From Malacoraja senta (taxonomy: Eukaryota): a stretch of 64,000 nt of DNA. The notes under the pieces were generated by a model. The model was not told the origin of the DNA, searched no databases, and saw only the letters and a list, made by a program, of their open reading frames with translations. The translations under genes were made by a program, and so were the position numbers. The stretch spans positions 2,916,001 through 2,980,000 of the forward strand of contig CM075993.1 of the NCBI GenBank assembly GCA_038087875.1, written 5' to 3'. Shown one piece after another: positions 13,047-26,531 of this stretch. Each line of letters begins with the position of its first letter. Position 1 is the first letter of the stretch.

Positions 13047-14070
13047 AGTTGATGGAAATGGATACAATAAACAGAGACATGCTTAAACTTCAAAATAAAA
13101 GTCCTGGATAATCTTCCCTTTAAGATTCAGAGATGGACCGACAGGTCTGAACTGACCTTTTCACTTCCTCATTTGAGACTGGGTATTAATGAGCAGTGAA
13201 ATCATGCTTTAATTTACAATTCCTCAAACATTGTCAGGACTATTGTCTAGAAAAAAAAAAAGTATCTTCGGGAAGAAGACAACACTGGGCCTCTACGCGC
13301 TGGAGGTTAGGTTGAGGGGGGACCTCATTGAGACTAACAGAATAATGAAAGGCATAGAGTGGATGAGTTAGAGTTTCTGTGGTCAGAGGGTGGTGACCAG
13401 CGATCCCCGCACATTAACACCATCCTACACAAATGAGGGACAATTTACACCGAGCCAATTAACCTACAAAGCTGTACGTCTTTGCAGTGTGGGAGGAAAC
13501 CGAAGATCTCGGAGAAAACCTATGCAGCCACGGGGAGAACGTACAAACTCCATACAGACAGCACCCGTAGTCGGGATTGAACCCGGGTCTCTGGCGCTGC
13601 AAGTGCTGTAAGGCAGCAACTCTACCGCTGCGCCACCGTGCTCTGGTTCCCTCCCACATACCAAATACGTACAGGTTTGTAAGTTAATTGGCTTGTGTAG
13701 TGTGTAGGATAGTTCTAGTGTACGGGGGTCTAGGGAGTTTCTACGTTCTCCCCGTGACCCGCGTGGGTTTTCTCCGGGCGCTCCGGTTTCCCTCCCACAT
13801 CCCAAAAGACATGCCGGTTTGCAGGTTAATTGGCTTCTGTAAAATTACCCCCTGGTGTGTAGGATGCAAAACTGGAATAACATAAAACTAGTGTATAAGA
13901 AAGAACTGCAGTTGCTGGAAAAATTGAAGGTAGACAAAAAAGCTGCAGAAACTCAGTGGGTGAGGCAGCATCCATGGGGAGAATGAATAGGTGACGTTTC
14001 CTTCTCTCCATAGATGCTGCCTCACCCGCTGAGTTTCTCCAGCTTTTTTGTCCACCTAGAACTAGTGTCT

Positions 14071-14623
14071 AGAAAGTCGTTCCAGGTGCGACAGAGGTTC
14101 ACCTGCATCTCCTCCAACCTCATCTATTGCATTCGCTGCTCTAGATGCCAGCTGATCTACATCGGTGAGACCAAGCGGAGGCTTGGCGATCGTTTCGCCG
14201 AACACCTCCGGTCGGTCCGCAATAACCAACCTGAACTCCCGGTGGCTCAGCACTTCAACTCCCCCTCCCATTCCGTATCTGACCTCTCTGTCCTGGGTCT
14301 CCTCCATGCCCACAGCGAGCAACACCGTAAATTGGAGGAAATGCACCTCATATTCCGCTTGGGCAGTCTACATCCTGGGGGTTTGAACATTGAATTCTCC
14401 CAATTCTGCTAGCCCTTGCTGTCCCCTCCCCTTCATCAGCCATCTGGTTGTCTCCTCCCCTCCCCCAGCCCTTGGGCTCCTCCTCCGCCTTTTTCCTTTT
14501 TTCCTTTCTTCTCCCCACCCCCTATCAGTCTGAAGAAGGGTTTCGGCCCGAAACGTCACCCATTTCCTTCGCTCCATAGATGCTGCCTCACCCACTGAGT
14601 TTCTCCAGCATTTTTGTGTACCT
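14071..14623 (+). mobile_element. Penelope-like retroelement 3' fragment (GIY-YIG endonuclease plus terminal module)
   Basis: FTCISSNLIYCIRCSRCQLIYIGETKRRLGDRFAEHLRSV...HF...LEEMHLIFRLGSLHPGGLN is a PLE GIY-YIG domain; stop at 14412, then a pyrimidine tract and the terminal repeat. Flanked by tagaactagtgtct (14057-14070 and 14624-14637). Confidence 0.9.
14530..14557 (+). ncRNA. Minimal type I hammerhead ribozyme motif (Penelope-associated)
   Basis: CTGAAGA-A-GGG(tttcgg)CCC-GAAA-C-GTC: conserved core boxes, stem II, palindromic ACGT in place of helix III, GUC cleavage triplet. Confidence 0.65.
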
Positions 14624-16144
14624 TAGAACTAGTGTCTGGTTGGTTTTCATTGTACCTAGGTACATTTAATAATAAAGTATCATTGATTCATTGAGAGGTT
14701 TTGGGTCAGGACACCTCATCCCAATGGCCCACAACATCACCCATCCATGATCTCCGGAGATGCTGCCTGACCTACTGAGTTACTCCTGCACTTTTATTGC
14801 ATCTGCACTTCCTCACTTCACCACACAATCTCCATTGGGTATCCCCTAGTCTGATCTCCACCAGTCAAAGCTCAAAACTCTTCCTTGAGTTACTGCTTTA
14901 ACGACCATCTATCCACCATCTACAAATTCGCAAGTTCAACTAAGGGGAGAACTAGGCCGTTCGACCCAACGAGTCCAGTCCGCCATTCAATCATGGCTGA
15001 TCTCTGCCTCCTAATCCCATTTATCTGCCTTCTCCCCATAACCCTCGACACCCGTTCTAATCAAGAATTTGTCTGCCTCTGCCTTAAAAATAGCCACCAA
15101 AATAAAAATATCCAAATTATATCAACGCTAGGGAAATATAACTGTTTTTTTTTAAATGACCATTTGAATTGGTTTCTCTGTCACAGACTAATGGATCTCT
15201 GAAACAAAACACGCAAAATTAAACATCTCTCCCTTTCAGATAAGTAATAAATTTACGAAATGATGTTGGTTCCTTGCCAGTGGTGTGAGATGACTTAAAG
15301 GCCAAGGCAAGTGCCAAAATGGTCTACAGAGCAACACTTTAATACTCTAGAATGCAAAGGCTAATGGATCCCAGGACCGATTTAAATTAGTGTCTTGCAG
15401 TGTCACATTTAGACAAGATGTTAATCTAAGGCCCCAGATATGACAGGCATTTAGATAGATAATCTTATCCCACTCCAGAGATTTCAACATAATAATCTAA
15501 ACCGTGTCTTTGAGTCCAGGACAGTGTTTCCTTGGAATGAAATGTTAAACCAGAGGCACTCATTTGAATGGAAAAGACAGCAAGGTAATATTTCAAAAAT
15601 TAACCTTGCCGTATGAGTTAAATCTTTTAATCAATATCGGTTTAAAAACATATTTGTGTGGAAATTAGATTATTTGTGCCCACCTCCAACATGAAACTAG
15701 CACAAAGTGCTTTAGAGAACTTGCCCATTCCTTGAACAGCCGTCACTAGAAAGTTTTTAGCCTTTGTTCCGATTCACCTTGAGCAGGTGTTATTTCTCCT
15801 TGTTTAAGAAGGAACTGCAGATGCTGGAAAATCGAAGGTAGACAAAAGTGCTGGAGAAACTCAGCGGGTGAGGAAGCATCTATGGAGCGAAGGGAATAGG
15901 CGACGTTTCGGGCCGAAACCCTTCTCCATCATGTTTTACTCTCAATGAATCAAGTGTGCGTGCGCGCGGGTCTCATTTTAATCTGTGCGGCACGGTGGCG
16001 CAGTGGTAGAGTTGCTGCCTGATAGCGCTTGCAACGCCGGATTTGATCCTGACCGTCCGTCTGTCTGTAGGGAGTTCGCACGTTCTCCCCGTGACTGCGA
16101 GGGCTTTTTCGGAGATCTTCGATTCCCTCCCACACTCCAAAGAC

Positions 16145-16640
16145 ATAGAAACATAGAAAATAGGTGCAGGAGGAGTCCATTCGGCCCTTCGAGCCAGCAC
16201 CGCCATTTATTGTGATCATGGCTGATCGTCCCCAATCAATAACCCGTGCCTGCCTTCTCCCCATATCCTTTGATTCCACTAGCCCCTAGAGCTCTATCTA
16301 GCTCTCTCTTAAATCCATCCAGTGATTTGTGGATCACTGGGGATCCCACAAATTCACAACTCTCTGGGAGAAAAAGTTTTTTTTCTCACCACAGTCTTAA
16401 ATGGCCTCCCCTTTATTCTAAGACTGTGGCCCCTGGTTCTGGACTCACTCAACATTGGGAACATTTTTCCTGCATCTAGCTTGTCCAGTCCTTTTATAAT
16501 TTTATATGTTTCTATAAGATACCCCATCATCCTTCTAAACGCCAGTGGATACAAGCCTAGTCTTTTCAATCTTTCCTCATATGACAGTCCCGTCATCCCA
16601 GGCATCAATCTCGTGAACCTACGCTGCACTGCCTCAATCA
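16145..16640 (-). mobile_element. CR1 LINE 3' fragment nested in a SINE
   Basis: ORF IEAVQRRFTRLMPGMTGLSYEERL...; SINE halves lie at 15988-16144 and ~16643-16790. Confidence 0.85.
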
Positions 16641-18676
16641 CAAAGATGTACAGGTTTGCAGGTTAAGTGGCTTTGTACAAGTGAACATTGGACATAGTGC
16701 GTGTAGGCTTGTGTTATTGCACGGGGATCGCTGGTCAATGCAGACTCGGTGGGCCGAAGGGCCTGTTTCCACGCTGTATCTCTAAACTAATCCACTGTAG
16801 AAATTGGATCAGTGGATCACCCATTAAACCTCCAGCAATAACGCTCTCAGCTACTCCAGCATTTCCATTCTCCATTCCATTGACTCCATCTACACTCCAC
16901 GCTGCCTCGGCAAGGCCACCAGCATAATCAAGGACTAGTCTCATCCCCGCTCACTCCCTCTCCCATCTGGCAAGAGGCACAGAAGTGTGAAAATACACAA
17001 CTCCAGATTCAGAGACAGTTTATAGACAATAGGTGCAGGAGCAGGCCATTTGGCCCTTCGAGCCAGCACCGCCATTCAATGTGATCATGGCTGATCATCC
17101 CCAATCAGTACCCCGTTCCTGCCTTCTCCCCATATCCCCTGACTCCGCTATTTTTAAGAGCCCTATCTAGCTCTCTTGAAAGCATCCAGAGAACCAGCCT
17201 CCACCGCCCTCCGAGGCAGAGAATTCCACAGACTCACCACTCTCTGTGAGAAAAAGTGTTTCCTCGTCTCCGTTCTAAATGGCTTACTCCTTATTCTTAG
17301 ACTGTGGCCCCTGGTTCTGGACTCCCCCAACACTCTTCCCATCTGTTACCAGTATACGAACCACCCTATCCTAACGAGTGAGTGGTCCTGAGCCACCATC
17401 CACCTCATTGGAGACCTTCAAACTTGCAGTGAAACAAGAACTTCACGCTGAATTTGGTCGGCTGGGCAAGTTTAAAGCAGTCTCCATAGAAAATGGTTTC
17501 ACAGTGTGCAAAAGGATTTTTTTTTTTAAGTTTTAAGTTAAAAATAAATCACTGGGTATTCAGATGGGTCTCTGAAGACCAAGGCACCTGTGAGCTACAA
17601 GCTGTAGCCCAGGGATACCATGCTACTTCATCTAAAGGATGAAACAAGGATCTGCAGATGTAGGTTTACAAAGGAAACTGAAAGAACTGAAGAGGGATCC
17701 CGACCCAAACTGTTGCCTGTCCGTGTTCTCCGGAGATGCTGCCCAATCCAGTTGAGTTACTCCAAACTCAAAAGACTACTGGATATGCAGGGAATGGGGG
17801 AGGATTTGGCTTATGTGCCGGTTTAGTTTAGAGATACAGCGTGGAAACAGGCCCTTCGGCCCACCGAGTCCGCGCCGACTAGCGATCCCCGCACACTAAC
17901 ACTATCCTACACACACACACACGAGGGACAATTTGACATTGACACCTAGCCAATTAACCTACAAACCTGCACGTCTTTGGAGTGTGGGAGGAAACCGAAG
18001 ATCTCGGAGAAAACCCACACAGGTCGCAGGCCCCAGACAGCAAGGGTCGATATGCTTGGAGACAAATCCAAACACAAGACATCGATTTAGGTTTAAAATA
18101 GACTATGCTGGAAACACTCTGCAGGTTAGGCTGCATCTGTGGAAGAGAAAACCTAACACATTTCTGACAAAGGCACTTTGACCCAAAACATTAACGGACC
18201 AAACTCCAGTCAAGCTAGACAGAAAATGCTGGAGTAACTCAGTGGGACAGGCAGCATCTCTGGACGGAAGGAATGGGTGACGTTTTCTCGGGTCGAGACC
18301 CTTCTTCAGATTGAGAGTCGGTGGGGGGGGAGAGCGAGACACAGAGATAAGGAAGGGCAAGGTGTGAAAACAAGTCAAAGGGGACAAAGATTACATAGAA
18401 CAGATCATCGTTAACTAGGGGATGGTGACAATGAAGCATACTAAAGGTGAAATTTAATCAGGGATAAAATTGAATTTAAACCAAACTACAGCACAAAACA
18501 GGCTCTTTGGCCCAACTTTCCCATCAAGATGCCCCATATTTGCTCATTTCTCCCCCCCGACATATGGATAATTTTCCTCAAAACCTTCTCTATTCATGCA
18601 CCTCTAGAGATTCAGCACGGAAACAGGCCCTTCGGCCCCTCGAGTCTGCGCCGACCAGCGATCGCCCAGATTCAGT

Positions 18677-18704
18677 CTGAAGAGGGGTCTCGACCCGAAA
18701 CGTC
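18677..18704 (+). ncRNA. Minimal hammerhead ribozyme motif
   Basis: CTGAAGA-G-GGGT(ctcg)ACCC-GAAA-C-GTC. Confidence 0.6.
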
Positions 18705-19364
18705 ACCCATTCCTTCTCTGCAGAGATGCTGCCCGCCCCGCCGAGTTACTCCGGCATTTTGTGTCGATCTTCAGAGACAAGATACATGTGGGATGAAGGA
18801 ATACGAGCAGGCTAAAGTGGTCAAATGTCAACCTTTTTAATTCTGGGCTTCTGATTAGTTTGAACCCAGGTCTGGTGTGAAGATAGATGCAGATGAGAAG
18901 GGCAACTTTCAAAGTTTCCAATTATGAGACAGTTTCATGATAATTAGCTGAGCTGAAAGGATGCATTAGAGATTTCCACAGGCTAGCGTGCTGTCATACG
19001 TCTAATGGCTTTTTACACCCGGTTACACTAATCAATAACCTCAGCCAGCAAGATCACTTTGAGCTTCCAATTAACCACCAATTAAAAACAGACGCAACAG
19101 CGCGTGGATCGACAGTGAAGGATGTACATTTCTGACAATTCGCACTAAAGACAACTTGAAGCCAGTTTTTAAATGGAGTCGTGTACTATCAGAACGAGGA
19201 CCCTTCCAGTTACGATACGATAAGACGTTATTCACCCGCGGAGGGAAAGTGGTCGGCCGACAGTCACAACTCACAAGGCACACGAAAACTTGAGATTCAA
19301 ATTTAAATTTGAAAAAAAAAGACAAGCCACTGTTGGCTGGCTGCCGTTCACACAGCGCCTTCAT

Positions 19365-19725
19365 AGATACATAGATACATAGAAAATAGGTGCAGGAGTA
19401 GGCCATTCGGCCCTTCGAGCCTGCACCGCCATTCAATATGATCATGGCTGATCATCCAACTCAGTATCCCGTACCTGCCTTCTCTCCATACCCCCTGATC
19501 CCCTTAGCCACAAGGGCCACATCTAACTCCCTCTTAAATATAGCCAATGAACTGGCCTCAACTACCTTCTGTGGCAGAGAGTTCCAGAGATTCACCACTC
19601 TCCGTGTGAAAAAGTTTTTCCTCATCTCGGTCTTAAAGGATTTCCCCCTTATCCTTAAGCTGTGACCCCTTGTCCTGGACTTCCCCAACATCGGGAACAA
19701 TCTTCCTGCATCTAGCCTGTCCAAC
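19365..19725 (-). mobile_element. CR1 LINE 3' fragment
   Basis: ORF 19461-19724; abuts an oppositely oriented CR1 3' piece at ~19726-19885. Confidence 0.85.
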
Positions 19726-20197
19726 CTTCAAGAGAGAGCTAGATGGGGCTCCTAAAAATAGCAGAGTCAGGGGATATGGGGAGAAGGCAGGAACGGGGTT
19801 ACTGATTGGGGATGATCAGCCATGATCACATTGAATGGCGGTGCTGGCTCGAAGGGCCGAATGGCCTACTCCTGCACCTATTGTCTTCACCAGAATGAAC
19901 GAAGAAACAAAGGAATGAATGCAGGCTTATCCCCTGGTCAGAAGATTCTAAAACTAGAGTTGCCACACCCACCTCCCCCACACCAGGTCCCCCTTTGGTC
20001 TCCCACCATCCCTCATGGTGGTCCCCCCCCTATTGTCTTCCCCTCACGCTCATCGACAGCGGGTCAATCGCGAGTAGCCCCCCACCCGTCGACAAGGCTC
20101 CTGCTGCCACCGAGGCTCCACCACCGCCGAGGCTCCTGCTGCCGTCCAGGGTACAGGTAAAGGAGAGAGAGTACAACACTTACACATTTAAGTGTAA

Positions 20198-20773
20198 AAG
20201 GCCTGTCTCACGAGTCTGCGGTCATTGGCGGCAAAACGGGAAGAATCTGCCGCCATAGACCGCGCACTCGTGAGAACGTACAATTCCCGAGCCGTGCGGC
20301 GGTGTTCCCAACACCGCGCGGTGCTAAAATAAAATCGACAATGTCGAAAACTATATACAACCTCCACCAGTGATGCACAAGTGCGGCACGGCCGCCCGCA
20401 CGGGCCGCCGCCAGTGTGGCTCGAGCGCCGTGCGTCAAACTTCCACTGCCACAGCCTCCGCCAGTGAGGCACGTGTGCGACACGGCCGCAGGCACAGCCA
20501 CCGCTACAGCGCCGCGATCAGGACGGCCGCCGCCACAGCCGCCGCTGGTGAGTCACGTGCGGCGGGCCGACGTCATCGCAGTCGGCCCGCCCTTTTTTTT
20601 ACTTACCGCAAGCACGTGGGACCCGCCGTGTTTGAATTAACTCGGCCCCCGCGCAGCATCCGTGCGGCGCTCCGGTGGATAGGCTCGGCGCTCTCGCCGT
20701 TGCCGCGCGGTCCCCGCTACCGGCGACGCCGCGCTTCACCGCCGATGACCGCAAACAGGTGAGACAGAGCCTT
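20198..20773. mobile_element. GC/CpG-rich Harbinger-like non-autonomous element
   Basis: ~35-bp imperfect TIR (aaggcctgtctcacgagtctgcggtcattggcgg / ccgccgatgaccgcaaacaggtgagacagagcctt) with TAA on both sides. Confidence 0.75.
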
Positions 20774-20789
20774 TAAGAGTAACTTGGGG

Positions 20790-21118
20790 TTACTGAACAT
20801 CCCGCGGTCCAGGCATAAGCTCAGGGGCGACCGCGCCTTTGCGGTTGCAGCTCCTAGACTGTGGAACAGTATCCCCCCTTCCCATCAGAACTGCCCCCTC
20901 CATCGACTCCTTTAAGTCGAGACTTAAAACTCATCTCTACTCCCAAGCCTTTCTTGACGTCCTCTGAGCGAGGGCTATATGTGTGTAGTGATGTATGTAT
21001 TTAATTGACGAACCACTGTTGTATAATGTTAGTATCTCCACCAATGTAAAGCACTTTGGCCAACGAGAGTTGTTTTTTAAATGTGCTATAGAAATAAAAG
21101 TGACTTGACTTGACTTGA
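20790..21118 (+). mobile_element. L2-like LINE 3' end
   Basis: Encodes GDRAFAVAAPRLWNS...SFKSRLKTHL, then a 3' UTR with aataaa and a (GACTT)n tail. Confidence 0.7.
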
Positions 21119-21589
21119 CTAAGAAGGAACTACTGAACAGATGCCGATTTAAACCGAAGACACACACAAAAAGCTGGAGTAACTCAGCGGGACAGGCAGC
21201 ATCTCTGGAGAGAAGGAATGGGCGACATTTCGGGTTGAGACTCTTCTTACATAAGATTACAAGAGTTACCAAAACCAAATCCGGTTTGTGTTGTCCAGGT
21301 GGTTTACCATTTACAAATTGGCATCAGAAGTAGCACACAGATTTGATGAGTTGGCATTCAGGAGAGAGAAACATAATTTTCCTTCAGTCTTTATGAGAAA
21401 GGATATTGTATTGAGGAAGAGGAAATTAAAGAAGAGCAATGTCTGGCTTGTTATCATGGCGATCTTTATCAGGTTATCTGATACGATAAGTTATAACCTT
21501 ATCTTTATATTTTGGTACTGGGAGAAATATTCCACAGTCAACTATTAGTTTGCTCTCCAAAGCAACATATTCATTATTGAAAGACAGTA

Positions 21590-21965
21590 TCATAGACAAT
21601 AGACAATAGACAATAGGTGCAGGAGGAGGCCATTTGGCCCTTCGAGACAGCAACGCCATTCAATGTGATCATGGCTGATCATCCCCAATCAATACCCCGT
21701 TCCTGCCTTCTCCCCATATCCCCTGACTCCGCTATCTTTAAGAGCCCTATCCAGCTCTCTCTTGAAAGTATCCAGAGAACCTGCCTCCACCGCCCTCTGA
21801 GGCAGAGAATTCCACAGACTCACCACTCTCTGTGAGAAAAAGTGTTTCCTCGTCTCCGTTCTAAATGGCTTACCCCTTATTCGTAAACTGTGTGGCCCCT
21901 GGTTCTGGACTCCCCCAACATCGGGAACACGTTTCCTGCCTCTAGCATGTCCGAACCCTTAACAA
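21590..21965 (-). mobile_element. CR1-like LINE 3' fragment
   Basis: (AGACAAT)n tail and CR1 3' sequence; same subfamily as 17022-17330, 40880-41130 and 59762-60020. Confidence 0.8.
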
Positions 21966-22716
21966 TCACCCCATGGTATGGACATGAACAGTGATTGAAT
22001 TGATTTACTACATCAATCAGGGTGCTGAAAAGATTTGAGGGACAAAGTTGCAAGGGACAAAGTTATGGCGATTTGGATCGCGACCCTTCTTCAGACTCGA
22101 GAAGTGATGACCTCCCTGCAATATCTGGTGCAAGTAAGCAACTAAAAACAACTTTATTCTTCAGTAAAGCCTGGAAGAAATTAACCAGCAGTGGGATGAC
22201 ATTTTTAATAAGCCCGCTTGAATAGTGCCTGCTTACTTTCCAGCTTTATCCGCGATGTTTAATAAAGTGCTGAAGTCCGGGCAACTGCTGGTGTAATTAT
22301 TCCGAGAATCTCATTATCAGTAATTATCAGTGATCAAACCGCCAACCCCCAAGAGGAAAATGCAAAGTTAGAGACAAAAGGATTCATCCTCCTTCACTCT
22401 TCAGAGAAAGGGAGCATCAGGAATTAAGTTGCAGCAAATTCAATTAAATAATTCAGTAACCGCATCCGGTTTTTTTTTGCTCATTTGGAAATTTGCACCA
22501 AATCAAACTTTTCTCCCACCCAGTCATCCGTGGTTGGAAGTGCGGAGAACCGATCCCAAGAGCTGGGATTGTGTCGGAAGGAACTGCAGATGCCGGTTAA
22601 CACAGAAGGAAGACACAACATGCTGGAGTAACTCAGCGGGACAGGCAGCATCTCTGGAGAGAAGGAATAGGTGACGTTTCAGATTGAGTAGGGTCCGTCT
22701 CCCTATCTCCCTATCT

Positions 22717-22757
<41 letters not shown>

Positions 22758-25700
22758 TCCCCTCCACAGAGGCTGCCTGACCTGCTGGGTTCTACTGACA
22801 TTTTATATTTATTTTCTGTTTCACAAGGCTGTGGAGGCCAAGTCAGTGGATATTTTTAAGGCAGATATAGACAGATTCTTGATTAGTACGGGTGTCGGGG
22901 GTTATGGGGAGGAGGCAGGAGAATGGGGTTAGAAGGGAGAGTTAGATCAGCCATGATTGAATGGTGGAGTAGACTTGAATGGCCTAACTCTGCTCCTATC
23001 ACCTGTGAATTTATAAGCCAGCAAAGGCACAACCAAAGGACCAGAGACTTGGCTTCAATCCAGAATTGGTTGCCATCTGGGTTGAATTTATACATTCACA
23101 CGATGACTGCATGGTTTTCCCCCCAAATGCTCCATTACCAAGACACAGGCGAGTTTGGAGGAAGACGCAAAATGCTGGAGTAACTCAGGGGGACAGGCAG
23201 CATCACTGGAGAGAAGGAATGAGTGATGCTTCGGGTCGAGACCCTTCTTCTGGCCCTCGCGTGCAAAAGTGGGCTAACATTAAAACTAGTGTGAACAGGT
23301 CAGCGTGGACTCGGTGGGCTGAAGGGCCTGTTTCCAGGAAGTATTTTCAATTTATGGTGTAGATCGGCTGGGAACAGATGTAGCATGGCATGGAGCCATA
23401 CAGCATTGAAACAGGCCCTTCGGCCCATCCTGCCCATGACAGAAAGCTATTCATTTGTAAAGATGTTTTCAGATCTTGTCACCCCCACAAGTTTGGTTCT
23501 TGTACCAAGGCAACAATTAGTCATTGATATCAGAAGGCTGTGGTGGCCAAGTCAATGGATTAAAAAAAAAAATTTTTAAGGCTGATATAGAAACATTCTT
23601 GATTAGTACGGGTGTCGGGAGTTATGGGGAGAAGGCAGGAGAATGGTTTTGAGAAGGATGGATAGATCAGTCATTATTGAATGGCGGAGTAGACTTGAAG
23701 GGCCGAACGGCCTAATTCTGCTCCCAAAATATATGGTCTGTAAGACAGCCATCTTGAAATTAATTTATTCGTATGTCGCCCACAACATTGAGTCAACAAG
23801 TTTAAATGATGCAGAGATTAACAGCAGGTTGGGACTTGATCTGTTCCAACTTCAACCAGCGAGCAATGCTGAACTACTATCTACCTCCTTGATGTCCCTC
23901 GGACTATCCTTGCTGGCTTTACCTTGCACTAAACCTTATTCCCTTACCATGTGTCTATACACTGTAAATGGCTCAATTATAATCATGTATTGTCTTTCTG
24001 TTGACCGGTTAGCAGGCAACAACAAGCTTTTCACTGCACCTCGGTAAATAAGAGACAATAAACCAAACTAAAGTTTAGGGGGTTGGTTGTGAAAATTAAA
24101 AAGGAGCACCAAAAAAAAGGAAATAAAATTATAAAAGTACAAGCCTTTCTCAGGGAACACAAGCAGGCTAAAATTGACAACTGCAGTCACAGTATGAGCA
24201 GCATAGTAATTTAATGCGTTTGACGTCAGTCATGAGCCTTCCAAAAGCACGGGTGACAGAAAAACAGGACAGGGAGGATCAAAGCTGCGCTCAGCTCTTC
24301 ACACAGAAGAGGTTTGTTTTTCTTGTGAAGTGCCGGCTGAGCCTTGAAATCTGTCTGCTCACACCTGCTGCTGTGTGCAGTGCAGGCAGACATCATCATG
24401 GTCAGCGAAGACAGGCACAAATTGCTGGAGCAACTCAGCGGGTCAGGCAGCATGTCTGGAGGGAAGGAATGGGTGACGGTTTCGTGTTGGAGACCCTTCC
24501 TCAGACTGGGGGGGGGGGGGGCGAGGGAAACGAGAGATATGGGCGGTGATGTAGAGAGGGAGAGAGATAGAACAAGTGGATGAAAGATAGGCAAAAAAGT
24601 TAACGATGATGAAGGAAACAGGCCATTGTTAGCTGTTTGCTAGGTGAGAACGAGAAGCTGGTGTGACTTGGGTGGGGGAGGAATAGAGAGAGGGAATGCA
24701 GGGGTTACTTGAAGTTAGATAAATCAATATTCGTACCACTGGGCTGTAAGCTGCCCAAGCGAAATATGAGATACTGATCCACCAATTTGCGTTTAGCCTC
24801 ACTCTGACAATGGAGGAGACCAACTCTTAGTAATGGCAGACTCCACGCATGCCTCTAACAAGGCTGCATTAAATACACTAGGAGGAGTTGGCAAGAACAG
24901 AGAAGGGGCTTAAATTAATTGACAAAGAGGCACAGAATGCTGGAGTAACTCAGCGGGACAGGCAGCATCTCTGGAGAGAAGGAATGGATGACATGATCTC
25001 CTAGCTAACAATGATCTGTTCTATATTTTCCTTGATCTCCACCCACTTTGTCTTGTTTTCGCACCTCACACTTCCTTATCTCTAAATGTCCCTCCCCCCA
25101 GACTCGGTCTGAAAAAGGGTCTCGTCCCGAAACGTCACCCATTCATTCTCTCCAGAGATGCTGCCTGTCCCACTGAGTTGCTCCAGAATGTTGTGTGTGT
25201 CTTCGGTTTAAACCAGCATCTGCAGTTCCTTCCTAAACAACTAATCTGACGTTCCCTGTGAGGCTGTGCGGTGCTAACAGTGGTACTGCCTCTTGAATAG
25301 ATATCAAACGTGGGTCCCTGTCTTGTTTGTAAGGTTAATATGAAAGCCGCTATAAATCGTGAGTGGCGCAGCGGTAGAGTTGCTGCCTCGCTGCACTTGC
25401 AGCCTCGGAGACCCGGGTTCGATCCCGACTACGGGTGCTGTCTGTACGGAGTTAGTACGTTCTCCCCGTGGGTTTTCTCCGAGATCTTCGGTTCCCTCCC
25501 ACACTCCAAAGACGTACAGGTTTGTAGGTTAATTGGCTCGGTGTAAGTGTAAATTGTCGCGTGCGCAGGGATCGCTGGTAGGCGCGGACTTGGCGGGCCG
25601 AAGGGCCTGTTTCCAAGCTGTACCCCTGAACAAAACTACGGCTGCTACCTGTACCGCTGAGTTACGCCAACATTTTGTATCCATCTTCGATTTAAACCAG

Positions 25701-26133
25701 CATCTGCAGCTCCTTCCTGACAAGGAGGCATCTTGTTTGGAGGTGGGGTGACGGGAGAAAATGCTATTTGGGAAACTTTGCACTGAGGCGCGCTGCGTAT
25801 TTTTCCGGAGAGGGAAGGGATCGGAGGTTGCTTCGGCAAAGAAGCAGCTCTGTTGGAATGCTGGAAACATGACAAGATTGGAGCCCTGCAGGAGCATGTG
25901 GTAGAGTATTACACACACTGTGCAAACTCCCAGAGTGTGATTGGCAACCCTGCCACGGTTTGAAAGCACAAAAACACACACTTGATGTTTCAGCACGAGA
26001 TCGCTCTGCACGGTAGTGTACGTGCGAACTCGCCCAAAGCGTTGCCTTAGCAACAGAGGAGAAGGTAAAACCCATACAAGACGAAGGGAGTGTTTTTTTA
26101 GTTTTTAGACAGACGTAAAAAAAGCTGGTGTAA

Positions 26134-26531
26134 AGGGCCCGTCCCACTTTCTCCGAGTTATTCACGAATTCTCCCGAGTTTCCAAACCGAGGTGCAGTGA
26201 AAAGCTTGTTGTTGCCTGCTAACCTCGGTCAACAGAAAGACAATACATGATTACAATCGAGCCATTTACAGTGTACAGATATATCGTAGCGGCTCGTTAC
26301 GCCAGCCGTAGGTACTCGGGGCATCAGGTAAGTCGGGACGGTTTTTTCCAGCCCGATGAAAAATGTCCACGGGTTTTTTAAAAAAGCCCCGCGTACCTAC
26401 AGCTGGCGTAGCGAGCCGCTACGATATATCCACGGACTCGTTACGAACATTCTGCGAGTTTGAAATCTTCGGAGAACTCGTGAATAATTCAGGAGAATTC
26501 GTGAATAACACGGGAAAGTGGGACAGGCCCT
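26134..26531. mobile_element. PIF/Harbinger-like MITE with an internal insertion
   Basis: TIR AGGGCCCGTCCCACTTTC/GAAAGTGGGACAGGCCCT; splits a Penelope-derived module at TAA; unrelated fragment at ~26186-26278. Confidence 0.75.

Noticed and set aside
11511..13093. Long ORFs (YI/HT/PPTH/GGV-rich)
   Set aside because: Translations of microsatellites.
20188..20762. CpG island or GC-rich coding exon
   Set aside because: Bounded by TIRs and TAA, so better explained as a non-autonomous DNA transposon; the peptides resemble nothing I recognise.
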